This document shows positions 1 through 8,707 of a stretch of DNA of 32,000 bases, piece by piece. The notes under the pieces are model-generated. The model saw only the letters and a list, made by a program, of their open reading frames with translations, was not told where the DNA came from and made no database searches. Position 1 is the stretch's first letter; the number at the start of each line of letters is the position of its first letter. Both the position numbers and the translations under genes were made by a program. Source of the DNA: Pyrodictium abyssi. Its GTDB lineage: Archaea > Thermoproteota > Thermoprotei_A > Sulfolobales > Pyrodictiaceae. Location of the stretch: contig NZ_AP028907.1 in assembly GCF_036323395.1 (NCBI RefSeq), forward strand, positions 120,001-152,000, given 5' to 3'.

Positions 1-25
1 CCGCATGGTGTCGTGGTCTAGCTGT

Positions 26-988
26 TTATTGTAGGCCGAGCCTCTGGCGCGCTCTGCGGCACGCTTCAACCATTTCCTCATCTATTATCGGTATGCCTTT
101 CTCGTAGAACCACTCGCCGAAGTCGTGGTCGCTGGTGAGTATATGGTTCTTCACCCACTCGGACAGGAAGTGCAGGATACTCAGTGTTAGCTGCTTCTCG
201 CCAGCCTCGTACTGCTCCATGAACTCTGCTACCTTCTTTACGAAGCCCTCGTGCTGGCGGCGGTGGCTCTCTGCGCGTGGGTACCCGTACTTGTCGAAGA
301 GCTTCTCCTCGCTGCGGAAGTGGAACTTGGTGTAGTCTACCAGGCTGTTGAGCGTCTCATCCACTACTTTCTTTTCTTCGCCGGCTAGTATGCTTATGTA
401 GAGGTTGTTTAGCACCGTGACCAGGTAGCGGTGCTGGTTGTCGACGCCCCGGATGTAGACGCTGAACTCGGGCCCCCAGCGGTACATGTAGCGCCTCAGC
501 TTGGCCACGACGACGCGTACCTTGCCAGTCCACTCGTCAAGAGCATGCAGTGCGTCGAGCCCATAGCTTACGCCTAGGCCCGGCTCCTCGAGGCGTACAG
601 CAGTGATTATTACACCATACGTTAGTATCCATGCGTTAAGCCTCTCCCCCTCTATTATGAGGAGCCGGGGCCCCATTTCGGGCTCGAGCCTGGATGCTAC
701 AAGGTGTTTCACTTGGCCCTGGAGCCCGTGTAGCCGCGTCTCGAACTCCTCCTTGGACTCGGCTGCTTCGAGTATGTAGAGAACGAGGCTTGGATCGTCA
801 AGCAGTCTACTATTCCACTCTATGCTCTCGGCGACGTAGGAGAAGGGCGGCACCATTGTCTTCGGTATGGGTTTTCTCTCCTCAGGTATCTCGTCCACGC
901 CTACCTCTACTATGTACCGTACGTCTGGGTCGCGTGTATGCCACCAGTATCGGAGCTTGCGTAGAAACCCGGGTGTCAAGGAGACCAC
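26..988 (-). CDS. Two-domain protein: unrecognised N-terminal domain (~190 aa) fused to a C-terminal hemerythrin-like di-iron domain
   Basis: 320-aa ORF with a GTG start at 988. The C-terminal ~130 aa carries the hemerythrin ligand pattern: NQHRY, HFRSE (HxxxE), HRRQH (HxxxH) and HILTSD (HxxxxD). I recognise no motif in the N-terminal part. Confidence 0.75.
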   Translation of the reverse strand: MVSLTPGFLRKLRYWWHTRDPDVRYIVEVGVDEIPEERKPIPKTMVPPFSYVAESIEWNSRLLDDPSLVLYILEAAESKEEFETRLHGLQGQVKHLVASRLEPEMGPRLLIIEGERLNAWILTYGVIITAVRLEEPGLGVSYGLDALHALDEWTGKVRVVVAKLRRYMYRWGPEFSVYIRGVDNQHRYLVTVLNNLYISILAGEEKKVVDETLNSLVDYTKFHFRSEEKLFDKYGYPRAESHRRQHEGFVKKVAEFMEQYEAGEKQLTLSILHFLSEWVKNHILTSDHDFGEWFYEKGIPIIDEEMVEACRRARQRLGLQ

Positions 989-1155
989 AAACCCCAGTGG
1001 GTTACCTGGCTTATGCTCATATATTTGTCTTGTCTCTTAATTATTCATCAGTTTACATATAGTACAATAACCTGCTCATCTTGAGTCATGCATGCAGAGG
1101 CAGACCATACGCTACTGATGATTAGCCCCGCAAGGAGCGTATTATTAGGAGCCCG

Positions 1156-1172
1156 GCTGCTAGGCTAGCAGC
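1156..1172. promoter_or_regulatory. Perfect 17-bp palindrome GCTGCTAG-G-CTAGCAGC between a TATA-like box (GTATTATTAGG, ~1139-1150) and the ATG at 1185
   Basis: Read directly from the sequence: 8-bp arms with a 1-nt centre. It lies 13 nt upstream of the ORF start, within the 196-bp A/T-rich divergent intergenic region 989-1184. Confidence 0.3.
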
Positions 1173-1184
1173 AGGGGTCTAAGC

Positions 1185-1592
1185 ATGGAAAATAGCTACT
1201 GTAGCAGGAAGTCTGACGAGATAATACACTTCGTGACATGGCGTATGGACAATATGCCGGACTACAAGGACTGGGTTATGTCGATGCTACGAGCCTGGGG
1301 CGCGATGCTCAACGAGGCAAACAACCAGCGCTCTCTCCTCCCCTTCGCCTCGCTGGCGTTAACCCACCTCGGCGTCGGCCTCACCGCCACCTATGTTATC
1401 GAGGGGGCTAGCCCGGAGGAGGCCCTCAAGAAGGCTAAGGAGGAGCTATGTGCCGTGTATAAGGCTAGCCTCGAGCTGCTCGATAAAGCGTTCCAGCAGG
1501 GCAAGATAATGGAGATAATAGAGGAGTCCATGAGGGAGGCAGAGGAAGCTGTTCAGAGCGAGGGCGTGGAACAGGCCAGAGAAGGCTCCTAG
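1185..1592 (+). CDS. Hypothetical protein (135 aa)
   Basis: This is the only long ORF in the gap, it is predicted helical, and I recognise no motif. The first 20 codons are A/T-rich, so the true start could be an in-frame ATG at 1245 or 1254. Confidence 0.5.
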   Translation: MENSYCSRKSDEIIHFVTWRMDNMPDYKDWVMSMLRAWGAMLNEANNQRSLLPFASLALTHLGVGLTATYVIEGASPEEALKKAKEELCAVYKASLELLDKAFQQGKIMEIIEESMREAEEAVQSEGVEQAREGS

Positions 1593-1633
1593 ACGGATCA
1601 GCCAATGCTTCCACGCCGCCGTCCTAGCCAGGG

Positions 1634-3985
1634 CTATTCTTCGAGCCTAGCCGCTGCTACCAGGAGCTGGCCCGCAGCTATCCCGCCGTCGCCTGGCGGC
1701 AGGCGGCGGGGTACTTGTGCCTCTAGGCCATGGCCTCTCAGTGCCTCCCGGATCCCCTGGACTATGGGGGTGTTGACTGCCGCGCCTCCGGCGATGTATA
1801 CTGGGCCGTCTAGCCCTCTTGCTGCGCGGGCTGCTGCTTCTCCTAGGGCTCTGCCTAGGCCGCGCTGGACCGTGGCTGCTATGTCCCTTGTGGGGAGCCT
1901 GTCGAGGTTCTCGATGACCCAGTGTAGGAGCCCCGGGGTGTCAACCACGAGGCGGCCGTCTAGGCTGAGAAGCCTCGGAGTGTAGCCATGGTCGCGGCCT
2001 CCGCGCGCCGCTGCTTCTAGCCTCATGGCTGGCTCGCCTTCGTAGTCGCGGCGCCAGGCTATGCCCAGGAGCGCTGCTAGGGCGTCGAGGGTACGGCCCA
2101 TGCTCGTCGTTATGGGTGCTCTCCCGGAGGCTGCTAGCCTGTAGCTCACCCGGGCCTCGGCCTCGCCGTGGGGCAGCCTATCCCTGGATAGGAGCCCGCG
2201 GCGCCGCAGTATGCTCAGCGTCTCTTCCTCGTCGAGGCCGGAGGCCTGCATGAGGCCTATGAGGGCCTTCACCGGCCACTTCGCTGCCGCGTCTCCGCCG
2301 GGGAGCCGGAAGGGGTAGAGGCTCGCGGCGCGGGTGAAGCTGCTGTATCTGGCTACGAGTACCTCGCCTCCCCATACCGTGGCGTCGGTGCCGTACCCTG
2401 TACCGTCTATCGTTATCGCCGCTCTCTTCTCGCCCGGTGGGACACGGTCCTCGAGCATGGCCGCTGCTGCGTGGGCGTGGTGGTGCTGTACCTCTACCAG
2501 CTCGGCGCCGTACTCGTCTGCAAGCCTCGCGGCGAGGCCGCGGTTGTGGTAGCCTGGGTGCATGTCCACGGCAACTACTCTGGGCTTCAGGGAGTAGACC
2601 TCTATGAACCAGCGTAGCTCGCGCTCTAGCTCCTCTACCTGGCCCGGCTCGTCCATGTCGCCTATGTACTGGGTTGGTACCACCTTATCCTCGAAGGCTA
2701 CTGCGCCCGCTGTCTGCAGCTCGGCGCCCACCGCGACCATGTCGGGCAGCTCCATGGGGGCGTATAGCCACATGGGGGCGTAGCCGCGGGCGCGGCGGAG
2801 GAATACGAGCTCCCCGTCGGTGTAGCGTAGTACGCTGTCGTCGACGCGGTGTACTATCTCCCGGTCGTGGGCTACAACGTAGTCCGCTATGCCGCGTAGG
2901 TGGGTGAAGACGCACTCCAGGGTTGTGCACATGGGGTAGCCTGTCTCGTTCCCGCTCGTCATGATGAGGAATCCGTCGCGGACCCGCTCGAGGAGTAGAG
3001 CCTGGAACCCCGTGTAGGGCAGCATCACCCCTATGGTGTCGAGGCCAGGTGCTACCAGCTCGGAGACGGGTGAGCCTGGACGCTTGGGGAGGAGGAGTAT
3101 CGGCCTCTCCGCCGACTCTAGCACCTCGCAGGCGCCGGGAGGAGGCTCCGCTATCGCCTGGACCACGCCACAGTCCCGGGCCATTAGAGCGAAGGGCTTC
3201 GAGGGACGGCGCTTGCGGCGCCGGAGCTCCTCGACCACGTCGTCCCGGCTAGCGAGGGCTGCTAGGTGGAAGCCCCCGACACCCTTTATCGCCAGTATGT
3301 AGCCCTCCTCTATCCTCTCGGCCGCCCACTCCACGGGGTCCTCTACGTCGAGCCGCCTACCGTCCATTGTGTAGACGTGGGTCCTCGGGCCGCACCGGGG
3401 GCAGCTTATCCCCTGGGCGTGGAAGCGGCGGAGGTTCCCAGGGTCCTCGTAGTCTCTCCGGCACTCCCTGCAGAGGGGGTACTGCCTCATGGCGGTGTTC
3501 TCGCGGTCGTAGGGCACCGTGTACATCATGGAGAACCTTGGGCCGCACCAGGCACAGCTATTCCAGTAGTAGCCGTGGAACCTTGTGGAGGGGTCGTGGA
3601 TCTCGCGGAGACAGTCCCTGCATATACCGAAGTCGGGGGGTATCATGCTACGCCGGCTCTTCCGCCGCTCGCTTCTCCTTATAGTGAACCCGTCTAGGCC
3701 CTGAGGCTCTGCCTCCTCTATCTCTAGCTCCTCTATGCGGGCTGGCGGCGGCCTCTCCCGGTAGAGGCCCTCGATGAAGCTCGCGAGCTGGCTGGGCTGG
3801 CCCTCGACGTAGATCTCTACCTCGCTGCCGCCGAGGTTCACTACGTAGCCGGATAGGCCTCTGGAGACTGCTAGCCTATATATGAAGGGGCGGAAGCCTA
3901 CCCCCTGCACTATGCCGGCCACGCGGAGCCGTAGGGCCCTCCTAGCCTTTGTCAACGCGTTGTACACCCTTGGGGAGGCGGGCAC
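1634..3985 (-). CDS. hypF: [NiFe]-hydrogenase maturation carbamoyltransferase HypF
   Basis: 783 aa. It has an N-terminal acylphosphatase-like motif (VQGVGFRPF), two zinc-finger pairs (CRDC-x18-CAWC and CREC-x19-CPRC), then YrdC-like and Kae1-like regions. The length is typical of HypF. Confidence 0.95.
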   Translation of the reverse strand: MPASPRVYNALTKARRALRLRVAGIVQGVGFRPFIYRLAVSRGLSGYVVNLGGSEVEIYVEGQPSQLASFIEGLYRERPPPARIEELEIEEAEPQGLDGFTIRRSERRKSRRSMIPPDFGICRDCLREIHDPSTRFHGYYWNSCAWCGPRFSMMYTVPYDRENTAMRQYPLCRECRRDYEDPGNLRRFHAQGISCPRCGPRTHVYTMDGRRLDVEDPVEWAAERIEEGYILAIKGVGGFHLAALASRDDVVEELRRRKRRPSKPFALMARDCGVVQAIAEPPPGACEVLESAERPILLLPKRPGSPVSELVAPGLDTIGVMLPYTGFQALLLERVRDGFLIMTSGNETGYPMCTTLECVFTHLRGIADYVVAHDREIVHRVDDSVLRYTDGELVFLRRARGYAPMWLYAPMELPDMVAVGAELQTAGAVAFEDKVVPTQYIGDMDEPGQVEELERELRWFIEVYSLKPRVVAVDMHPGYHNRGLAARLADEYGAELVEVQHHHAHAAAAMLEDRVPPGEKRAAITIDGTGYGTDATVWGGEVLVARYSSFTRAASLYPFRLPGGDAAAKWPVKALIGLMQASGLDEEETLSILRRRGLLSRDRLPHGEAEARVSYRLAASGRAPITTSMGRTLDALAALLGIAWRRDYEGEPAMRLEAAARGGRDHGYTPRLLSLDGRLVVDTPGLLHWVIENLDRLPTRDIAATVQRGLGRALGEAAARAARGLDGPVYIAGGAAVNTPIVQGIREALRGHGLEAQVPRRLPPGDGGIAAGQLLVAAARLEE

Positions 3986-4030
3986 CGGGGAAGAACACTG
4001 CGGGGCGCGGTCGAGGGGTGTTGGCTTCGG

Positions 4031-5092
4031 CTAGCATATGCGTGGGACTAGCTCGCCGCTAGGAGGCTCTAGTATGCGGACCCCGCCGGTCACGCTCTTG
4101 AGGAGTACTCTGCCAGCGTGCCTGGGGTCCTTGGGCTCGTAGACCTCGCCTATTATCGCGGCTTCTTTGAATCCCAGGCTATGCATGTACTCGACTATCT
4201 CCTCGGCCTTTGAGGGCTCCACGGCTAGTACCGCGGCGCCCTCGCTTGCTAGGCTGAAGGGGTCTACGCCGAGCATCTCGGCGTACTCTCGTACCTGGGG
4301 CCGGACCGGCGTCCTAGACTCGTCTACCACTATTACGGTCTTGGTCTTCTCGGCCCAGTTGTTGAGCAGCATTGCTAGCCCGCCGCGTGTCGGGTCGCCG
4401 GCCCCGTGTATGCTGCCGCGGTACCTCTCTAGCAGCGGGAGCATCAGCCCGGTGAGCGGCTTAACGTCGCTTTCTACCCCCAGGTCTACTCCTATCGACT
4501 GTTGTGCCGCTAGGATGGCCGCGCCGTGGTCTCCTAGGTAGCCGGAGACGATTATCTTGTCGCCAGGCCGTATCTCGGTGTCGACTATGGGCTTACCCTC
4601 CACCATACCTATGCCCATCGAGGCTATTACTATGCCGTCTAGCTGGCCTTTAGGCATAACCTTGAAGTCGCCGCCTACGAGCGCGACTCTCTCCTCTGCT
4701 AGGGTGCGTATAAAGCTCTCCATTACCTTCTTGAAGTCCTCTATCGGGAACCCCTCCTCTACCACGACCCCGTCGAGCACTGCTAGGGGCCTGGCGCCAA
4801 CCATTAGGAGGTCGTTTATCGTGCCAGAGGCAGCGAGTCTGCCAAGGTCGCCGCCAGGGAAGAATATCGGCTTAACAGTATAGGTGTCAACAGTCACAGC
4901 TATGTAGCGGTTCTCGCCAGCAGGTATTAGGGCCGCGTCATCCAGTATATCGAGCCCTGTGCCGCCCTCGACTTTCCACAGCTCCGGAGGCACGCTATGG
5001 ACGATGAGGTTCTTTACAAGCTCTTCCGTCTCTTTACCGCCCGAGCCGTGGGCTAGAGTTATGAACTTCCATAGGCGGACATACCACGTCAT
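4031..5092 (-). CDS. hypE: Hydrogenase maturation protein HypE (AIR-synthase-like, carbamoyl dehydratase)
   Basis: 353 aa with an N-terminal HGSGG motif and the characteristic C-terminal PRIC ending (the cysteine that carries the thiocyanate). The ATG is at 5092. Confidence 0.95.
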   Translation of the reverse strand: MTWYVRLWKFITLAHGSGGKETEELVKNLIVHSVPPELWKVEGGTGLDILDDAALIPAGENRYIAVTVDTYTVKPIFFPGGDLGRLAASGTINDLLMVGARPLAVLDGVVVEEGFPIEDFKKVMESFIRTLAEERVALVGGDFKVMPKGQLDGIVIASMGIGMVEGKPIVDTEIRPGDKIIVSGYLGDHGAAILAAQQSIGVDLGVESDVKPLTGLMLPLLERYRGSIHGAGDPTRGGLAMLLNNWAEKTKTVIVVDESRTPVRPQVREYAEMLGVDPFSLASEGAAVLAVEPSKAEEIVEYMHSLGFKEAAIIGEVYEPKDPRHAGRVLLKSVTGGVRILEPPSGELVPRIC

Positions 5093-5110
5093 AGCAGCAC
5101 ACCCGTCAAC

Positions 5111-5126
5111 TTAAGCCATTAAGCCA
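5111..5126 (-). promoter_or_regulatory. Tandem 8-bp duplication TTAAGCCA x2 (minus strand TGGCTTAA x2), a likely duplicated TATA-like element for hypE
   Basis: Seen directly. It lies 19-34 nt upstream of the hypE ATG at 5092, which is the spacing expected for an archaeal TATA box driving a leaderless or short-leader mRNA. Confidence 0.35.
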
Positions 5127-5195
5127 TGAGAAAGATAGGGCGGGGTTACACGTCGATGCATAGCGCACGTCTGCCACCGTGGTGATTGTGCAGCG

Positions 5196-5468
5196 TTACT
5201 CTGTCTTCTCGAGGCCTAGCAGCTTCTCTATCTCCTCTGCTTTCCTCTCTAGATCTGATATGAACTCCTCAATAACCTGTATCATTTCTTTTGCCCGTTC
5301 CTCGTCTATCTTCTCTATGGCTACCCCGGCGTGGACTATAACTAGGTCGCCGGGCTTTAGGTCCTCTAGGGCACCGACGTCTATCTCGCGGAGGACTCCG
5401 TCGCCGAAATCCACTACGGCTATGTGGCCTTTTACCTCCTTTACCTCTGCGGGTATACCCAAACACAT
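5196..5468 (-). CDS. hypC: Hydrogenase assembly chaperone HypC
   Basis: The ORF track starts at a GTG (5480). However, HypC family proteins begin Met-Cys, and the internal ATG at 5468 gives MCLGIPAEVKEV..., the canonical N-terminus with the essential Cys2. This start gives a 90-aa protein. Confidence 0.9.
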   Translation of the reverse strand: MCLGIPAEVKEVKGHIAVVDFGDGVLREIDVGALEDLKPGDLVIVHAGVAIEKIDEERAKEMIQVIEEFISDLERKAEEIEKLLGLEKTE

Positions 5469-5558
5469 GAGTCTAGCCACCCTGCCTACACACGAGCATC
5501 ACGGAACACTACCATACGGGATGGGGCAAAACACGGGGGCAAGCCTGGGGCTCATAGC

Positions 5559-6770
5559 CTAGATTATGTTGAGGCTGCGTGCTATCTCCTCGGCCAGACC
5601 GCCTCCGCCGAACCGCGCCCAGACCGCGCATGCGCCCTCGCTACTGACCATGCATGGCCCGTAGGGGGTTCCGGGGGTACACGTCTTCATGAACAGTGGG
5701 CAGTCTGTAGGCTTAGCTATGCCTAGTGTTACCTCTGCACAGCGGCAGCCTGGCGGGAGGTCGTAGCGCCACTCCTCGGGCGTGAGCTCCTTTATGCCGT
5801 ACTCGTGGAATGCGTCCACGTTTCTGTACTTGTCGCGGAAGGCGAGGCCGCTACGCGGCACGAAGCCTATGCCGCGCCACGCGGCGTCCACCTCCTCACA
5901 GCACTCCATTATCAGCTTCTGGGCACGCGTATTGCCCTCCCATTTCACTACCCTACTGTACTCGTTGACTAGTCTCGGTTTGCCCTCTATATGCTGGCGT
6001 AGTATCTCCAGTATGGCTAGAAGCACATCTATCGGCTCGAACCCCGCCACGACCGTGGGTATGCCGTACTCGTCTACCACGAACTTCCAGGCTCTTGCGC
6101 CGACTATTGTGGAGACGTGCCCCGGCGCTATGACGCCGCGTATCGGGTTGTCGCGGTGAGTTTCAAAAGTGTACCTCATTATCGGGGGTGTTAGCCGGTG
6201 TATGTTCATTATCTTGAGGTTCTCGGGCACTGCGCCCGCCACGACAGGGCTGGCCGTGGCAGGTATTGTCGTCTCGAAGCCCACGGCGAGGAACATGCTG
6301 GGTTTCCTATCGCGGCGCGCCATCCTGATCGCGTCTAGCACACTGTATACTACTACGACGTCGCCTCCTGCCGCGCGGGCCTCTTCTAGGCTTCTTATGT
6401 CGCGGCCCCTCCGCCCGGAGCCAGGGAGCCGGTAGGCGTCGCCGTATGTGTATACCCTTATCCCCTCTAGGCTCAGCTTGACCGCGACGTCGATGTAGTA
6501 GGCGGGGGTTATGCAGACAGGGCAGCCGGGGCCCGCTACTATCTCTATCTCAGGGGGCATTAGGCTCCGGATACCGTAGTGCGTAACCGTGTACTCGTGC
6601 GTGCCACAGAAGTCCATTATCTTTATAGGTGTCTGGCCTACGCGTCTAGCAGCTACCGGTGCTAGCTTATGGATCTTCTCAACGACTTTGTACGCAAGCT
6701 CTCGGTCCCGTAGTTTCTCCTCGAGCAGCTTGAGGAGGTGCGACCGTGCAGGCTGCTGCTCAGCTTGCAA
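5559..6770 (-). CDS. hypD: Hydrogenase maturation Fe-S protein HypD
   Basis: Motifs FCGTHE, GPGCPVC and the C-terminal Cys cluster (PGCRC, CPLF, GPCMVSSEGAC). The longest ORF runs to a TTG at 6839, but its first 23 codons cover a TATA-like box and two palindromes. I therefore favour the in-frame TTG at 6770; the start remains uncertain. Confidence 0.9.
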   Translation of the reverse strand: MQAEQQPARSHLLKLLEEKLRDRELAYKVVEKIHKLAPVAARRVGQTPIKIMDFCGTHEYTVTHYGIRSLMPPEIEIVAGPGCPVCITPAYYIDVAVKLSLEGIRVYTYGDAYRLPGSGRRGRDIRSLEEARAAGGDVVVVYSVLDAIRMARRDRKPSMFLAVGFETTIPATASPVVAGAVPENLKIMNIHRLTPPIMRYTFETHRDNPIRGVIAPGHVSTIVGARAWKFVVDEYGIPTVVAGFEPIDVLLAILEILRQHIEGKPRLVNEYSRVVKWEGNTRAQKLIMECCEEVDAAWRGIGFVPRSGLAFRDKYRNVDAFHEYGIKELTPEEWRYDLPPGCRCAEVTLGIAKPTDCPLFMKTCTPGTPYGPCMVSSEGACAVWARFGGGGLAEEIARSLNII

Positions 6771-6783
6771 GGCCCATGGGGCA

Positions 6784-6836
6784 CCACGGTGTAGGACACC
6801 GTGGCGGGAGCTTAATTTATGTTCGCCCGGGCGAAC
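6784..6836 (-). promoter_or_regulatory. Candidate hypD promoter/operator: TATA-like ATAAATTAAG (minus strand, 6811-6820) bracketed by two perfect palindromes
   Basis: The first palindrome is the 16-bp GTTCGCCCGGGCGAAC at 6821-6836. The second is a 9-bp inverted repeat, CCACGGTGT-AGG-ACACCGTGG, at 6784-6804. Both were read directly from the sequence. Confidence 0.35.
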
Positions 6837-6993
6837 CAAAAGTTGCAGTTAGCCCCTGTAGAGCTTTCCACTCCCTCAAGGATGCTAATGGCTCCCGTTT
6901 TTATGCCTCTCGGCCTGCTCTGCCAGCGCAGCGGCGCCCGCACTGGTAGGGATTAAAAGCGTTTCTGTAATATCTGTGCAGGGCTGCAAGGGG

Positions 6994-7872
6994 ATGCATG
7001 TAATGAGCGGCTGGGACTGCATAGACTATAGCGGCGGTGTAAGGATATGCAGAGGAGACTTCGCGGTGAATACGCTAGTATACGGCGACAGGCTAGCCGT
7101 GGACCCATCGCGCGTACTGAGCCCCGTTAGGGCGGTGCTAATAACGCATGGCCATGTAGACCACTTCCGTTATGCCACCCCGCTACGCGAGAAGGGTGCA
7201 GCCGTTTACGCTCCACGGTTCTGCGCCCCCTTAGTGGAGGAGCCTAGGATAAACTACATGGCTACTATGGGCTGGGCTGCCGGGTTCGAGGAGCGCTACA
7301 TAACACCGTATTTCGTCGGGAAGGGGACCCGGGTAGATGTGCTAGTCGAGCAGGGCAGCCTAGAGGCCGGCGGCGTACATGTCAACGCTATACCTACTCC
7401 CGGGCATACTCCGGGCCACACCGCGTACCTCGTAGAGGCGGGCGGCACAGTGTTCCTCGTGGCCGGTGACACAGTCTATGGTGAAGAGTATCTTCAGGAC
7501 AACCCTGTACTCTACCACACGGATACCCTTAGATGGCTGGAGTCACTGGATAGACTAGAAGAGCTCGACTTCGATGTCCTCGTACCAGGCCATGGTCATC
7601 CTGTTGAGGCCAGGGAGGCGCGGAGGGTCATAAAGCGTAACCGGGAGAAGGTACGCGAGATGCTCTCGCTCGTCGAGTCTGTCCTCGGTGAAGAGCCGCT
7701 CTCGGGGGACGAGGTCATAGAGCTGCTCCTAGAGGCTACGGGGCTTGCTAGGAGCAGGCGCGCCTACTCAATATACATGCCTAGTGTACGGGCCCTGCTC
7801 AACGCGCTCACAGCACTCGGCAGAGCCAGGAGGAATATCGTGAAAGGAGTGCCAAAGTGGCGGAAGCCATAG
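6994..7872 (+). CDS. Metallo-beta-lactamase fold hydrolase
   Basis: HGHVDH (HxHxDH) motif followed by PGHTPGH, GD and PGHGH metal-ligand motifs. The ORF opens at a GTG (6976), and the first ATG is at 6994. A TATA-like GGGATTAAAAGC lies at ~6949-6960. Confidence 0.85.
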   Translation: MHVMSGWDCIDYSGGVRICRGDFAVNTLVYGDRLAVDPSRVLSPVRAVLITHGHVDHFRYATPLREKGAAVYAPRFCAPLVEEPRINYMATMGWAAGFEERYITPYFVGKGTRVDVLVEQGSLEAGGVHVNAIPTPGHTPGHTAYLVEAGGTVFLVAGDTVYGEEYLQDNPVLYHTDTLRWLESLDRLEELDFDVLVPGHGHPVEAREARRVIKRNREKVREMLSLVESVLGEEPLSGDEVIELLLEATGLARSRRAYSIYMPSVRALLNALTALGRARRNIVKGVPKWRKP

Positions 7873-7974
7873 GAGAGTTATCGCTAGAAATATTTACTAG
7901 CTAGTAGCGTCCCCAAGCTCAGCCTTCCCCATGGATACTATGTCTAGACGTCTACACGCTTACACCCCGACTGT

Positions 7975-8670
7975 ATGATCCCCTACATGGAGGTGTTGCT
8001 GGTGACGGCTAGGCAGGAGCTCAGAGGCCTAGTGGTAAAGACCCTCGCCATAACCCCTAGCGGCGCGCTTAGCCCTGGACCGCTCTCCGCAAGCGCTGTA
8101 GCCATAGGCGCTCTTCTCGGCCCCCTTGGCGGCTTCCTGGTGGCCCTAGGGCACATGCTGTTCGAGCTACCGTACGTGATGCTGCTTGTCAAGTGGGCTG
8201 AGCGGTTCAACAGGGTGCTGGCCAGGGTGGAGAAGCCGCTCAACCTCGTAGTGGCCGGGTTCATAGTGTTCTTCGCCTACGGGCTGTTCCGCGACGCCGC
8301 GGCAGCGCTATCCGGGACGGTGAACACGGGGTCTGCGATAACCGTCGGAGGGGGCGTGCTGGGCGCGCTGCTCACCGGGGCCGTACTCACCGGGTTTAAC
8401 CCCTACTTCCTGGCGTGGTGGGTGACTGTCGGCCTCCCCCTGGTACGCGGCGCCGCCGAGCACGGGGTCAAGGGCTTCACAGTAATGTATGCGAGCCATG
8501 TGTGGATGGACTACGCGTGGCTGGTGCTACTAGCTGCCGCCGGCGCGGGGCTGTCCCGGATAGCAGGGCTGTATGCTGCACTGCTAGCAGGGCTGGGGGT
8601 TGTGCTTCTGCTCTTTGCAGCCGATATGCTGGCCCGGAGCTTCGCAGGGAAGCGGATCCTCCCCTTCTAG
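7975..8670 (+). CDS. LysE/RhtB-type exporter-like membrane protein
   Basis: 231 aa with about 6 hydrophobic helices. It has an N-terminal SPGP motif and a central NPYF motif, as in LysE-family translocators. The family call is by eye only. Confidence 0.55.
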   Translation: MIPYMEVLLVTARQELRGLVVKTLAITPSGALSPGPLSASAVAIGALLGPLGGFLVALGHMLFELPYVMLLVKWAERFNRVLARVEKPLNLVVAGFIVFFAYGLFRDAAAALSGTVNTGSAITVGGGVLGALLTGAVLTGFNPYFLAWWVTVGLPLVRGAAEHGVKGFTVMYASHVWMDYAWLVLLAAAGAGLSRIAGLYAALLAGLGVVLLLFAADMLARSFAGKRILPF

Positions 8671-8707
8671 CCCGGGGCCTACCTCGAGCCCCTATTTCCC
8701 TCCCCTA

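Noticed and set aside
1605-3697. Many 60-140-aa ORFs on the plus strand inside hypF (for example 1605-1985, 2674-2907, 3266-3697). Similar antisense or off-frame ORFs occur inside other genes (19082-19591 and 19612-20109 opposite the ArsA-like gene; 22632-23117 and 22769-23299 within the ACAD gene).
   Set aside because: Their products are Arg/Pro/Ala/Ser-rich and low in complexity. Such ORFs are typical stop-codon-poor shadow frames of GC-rich coding DNA. Each is fully contained in a gene with strong motif support.
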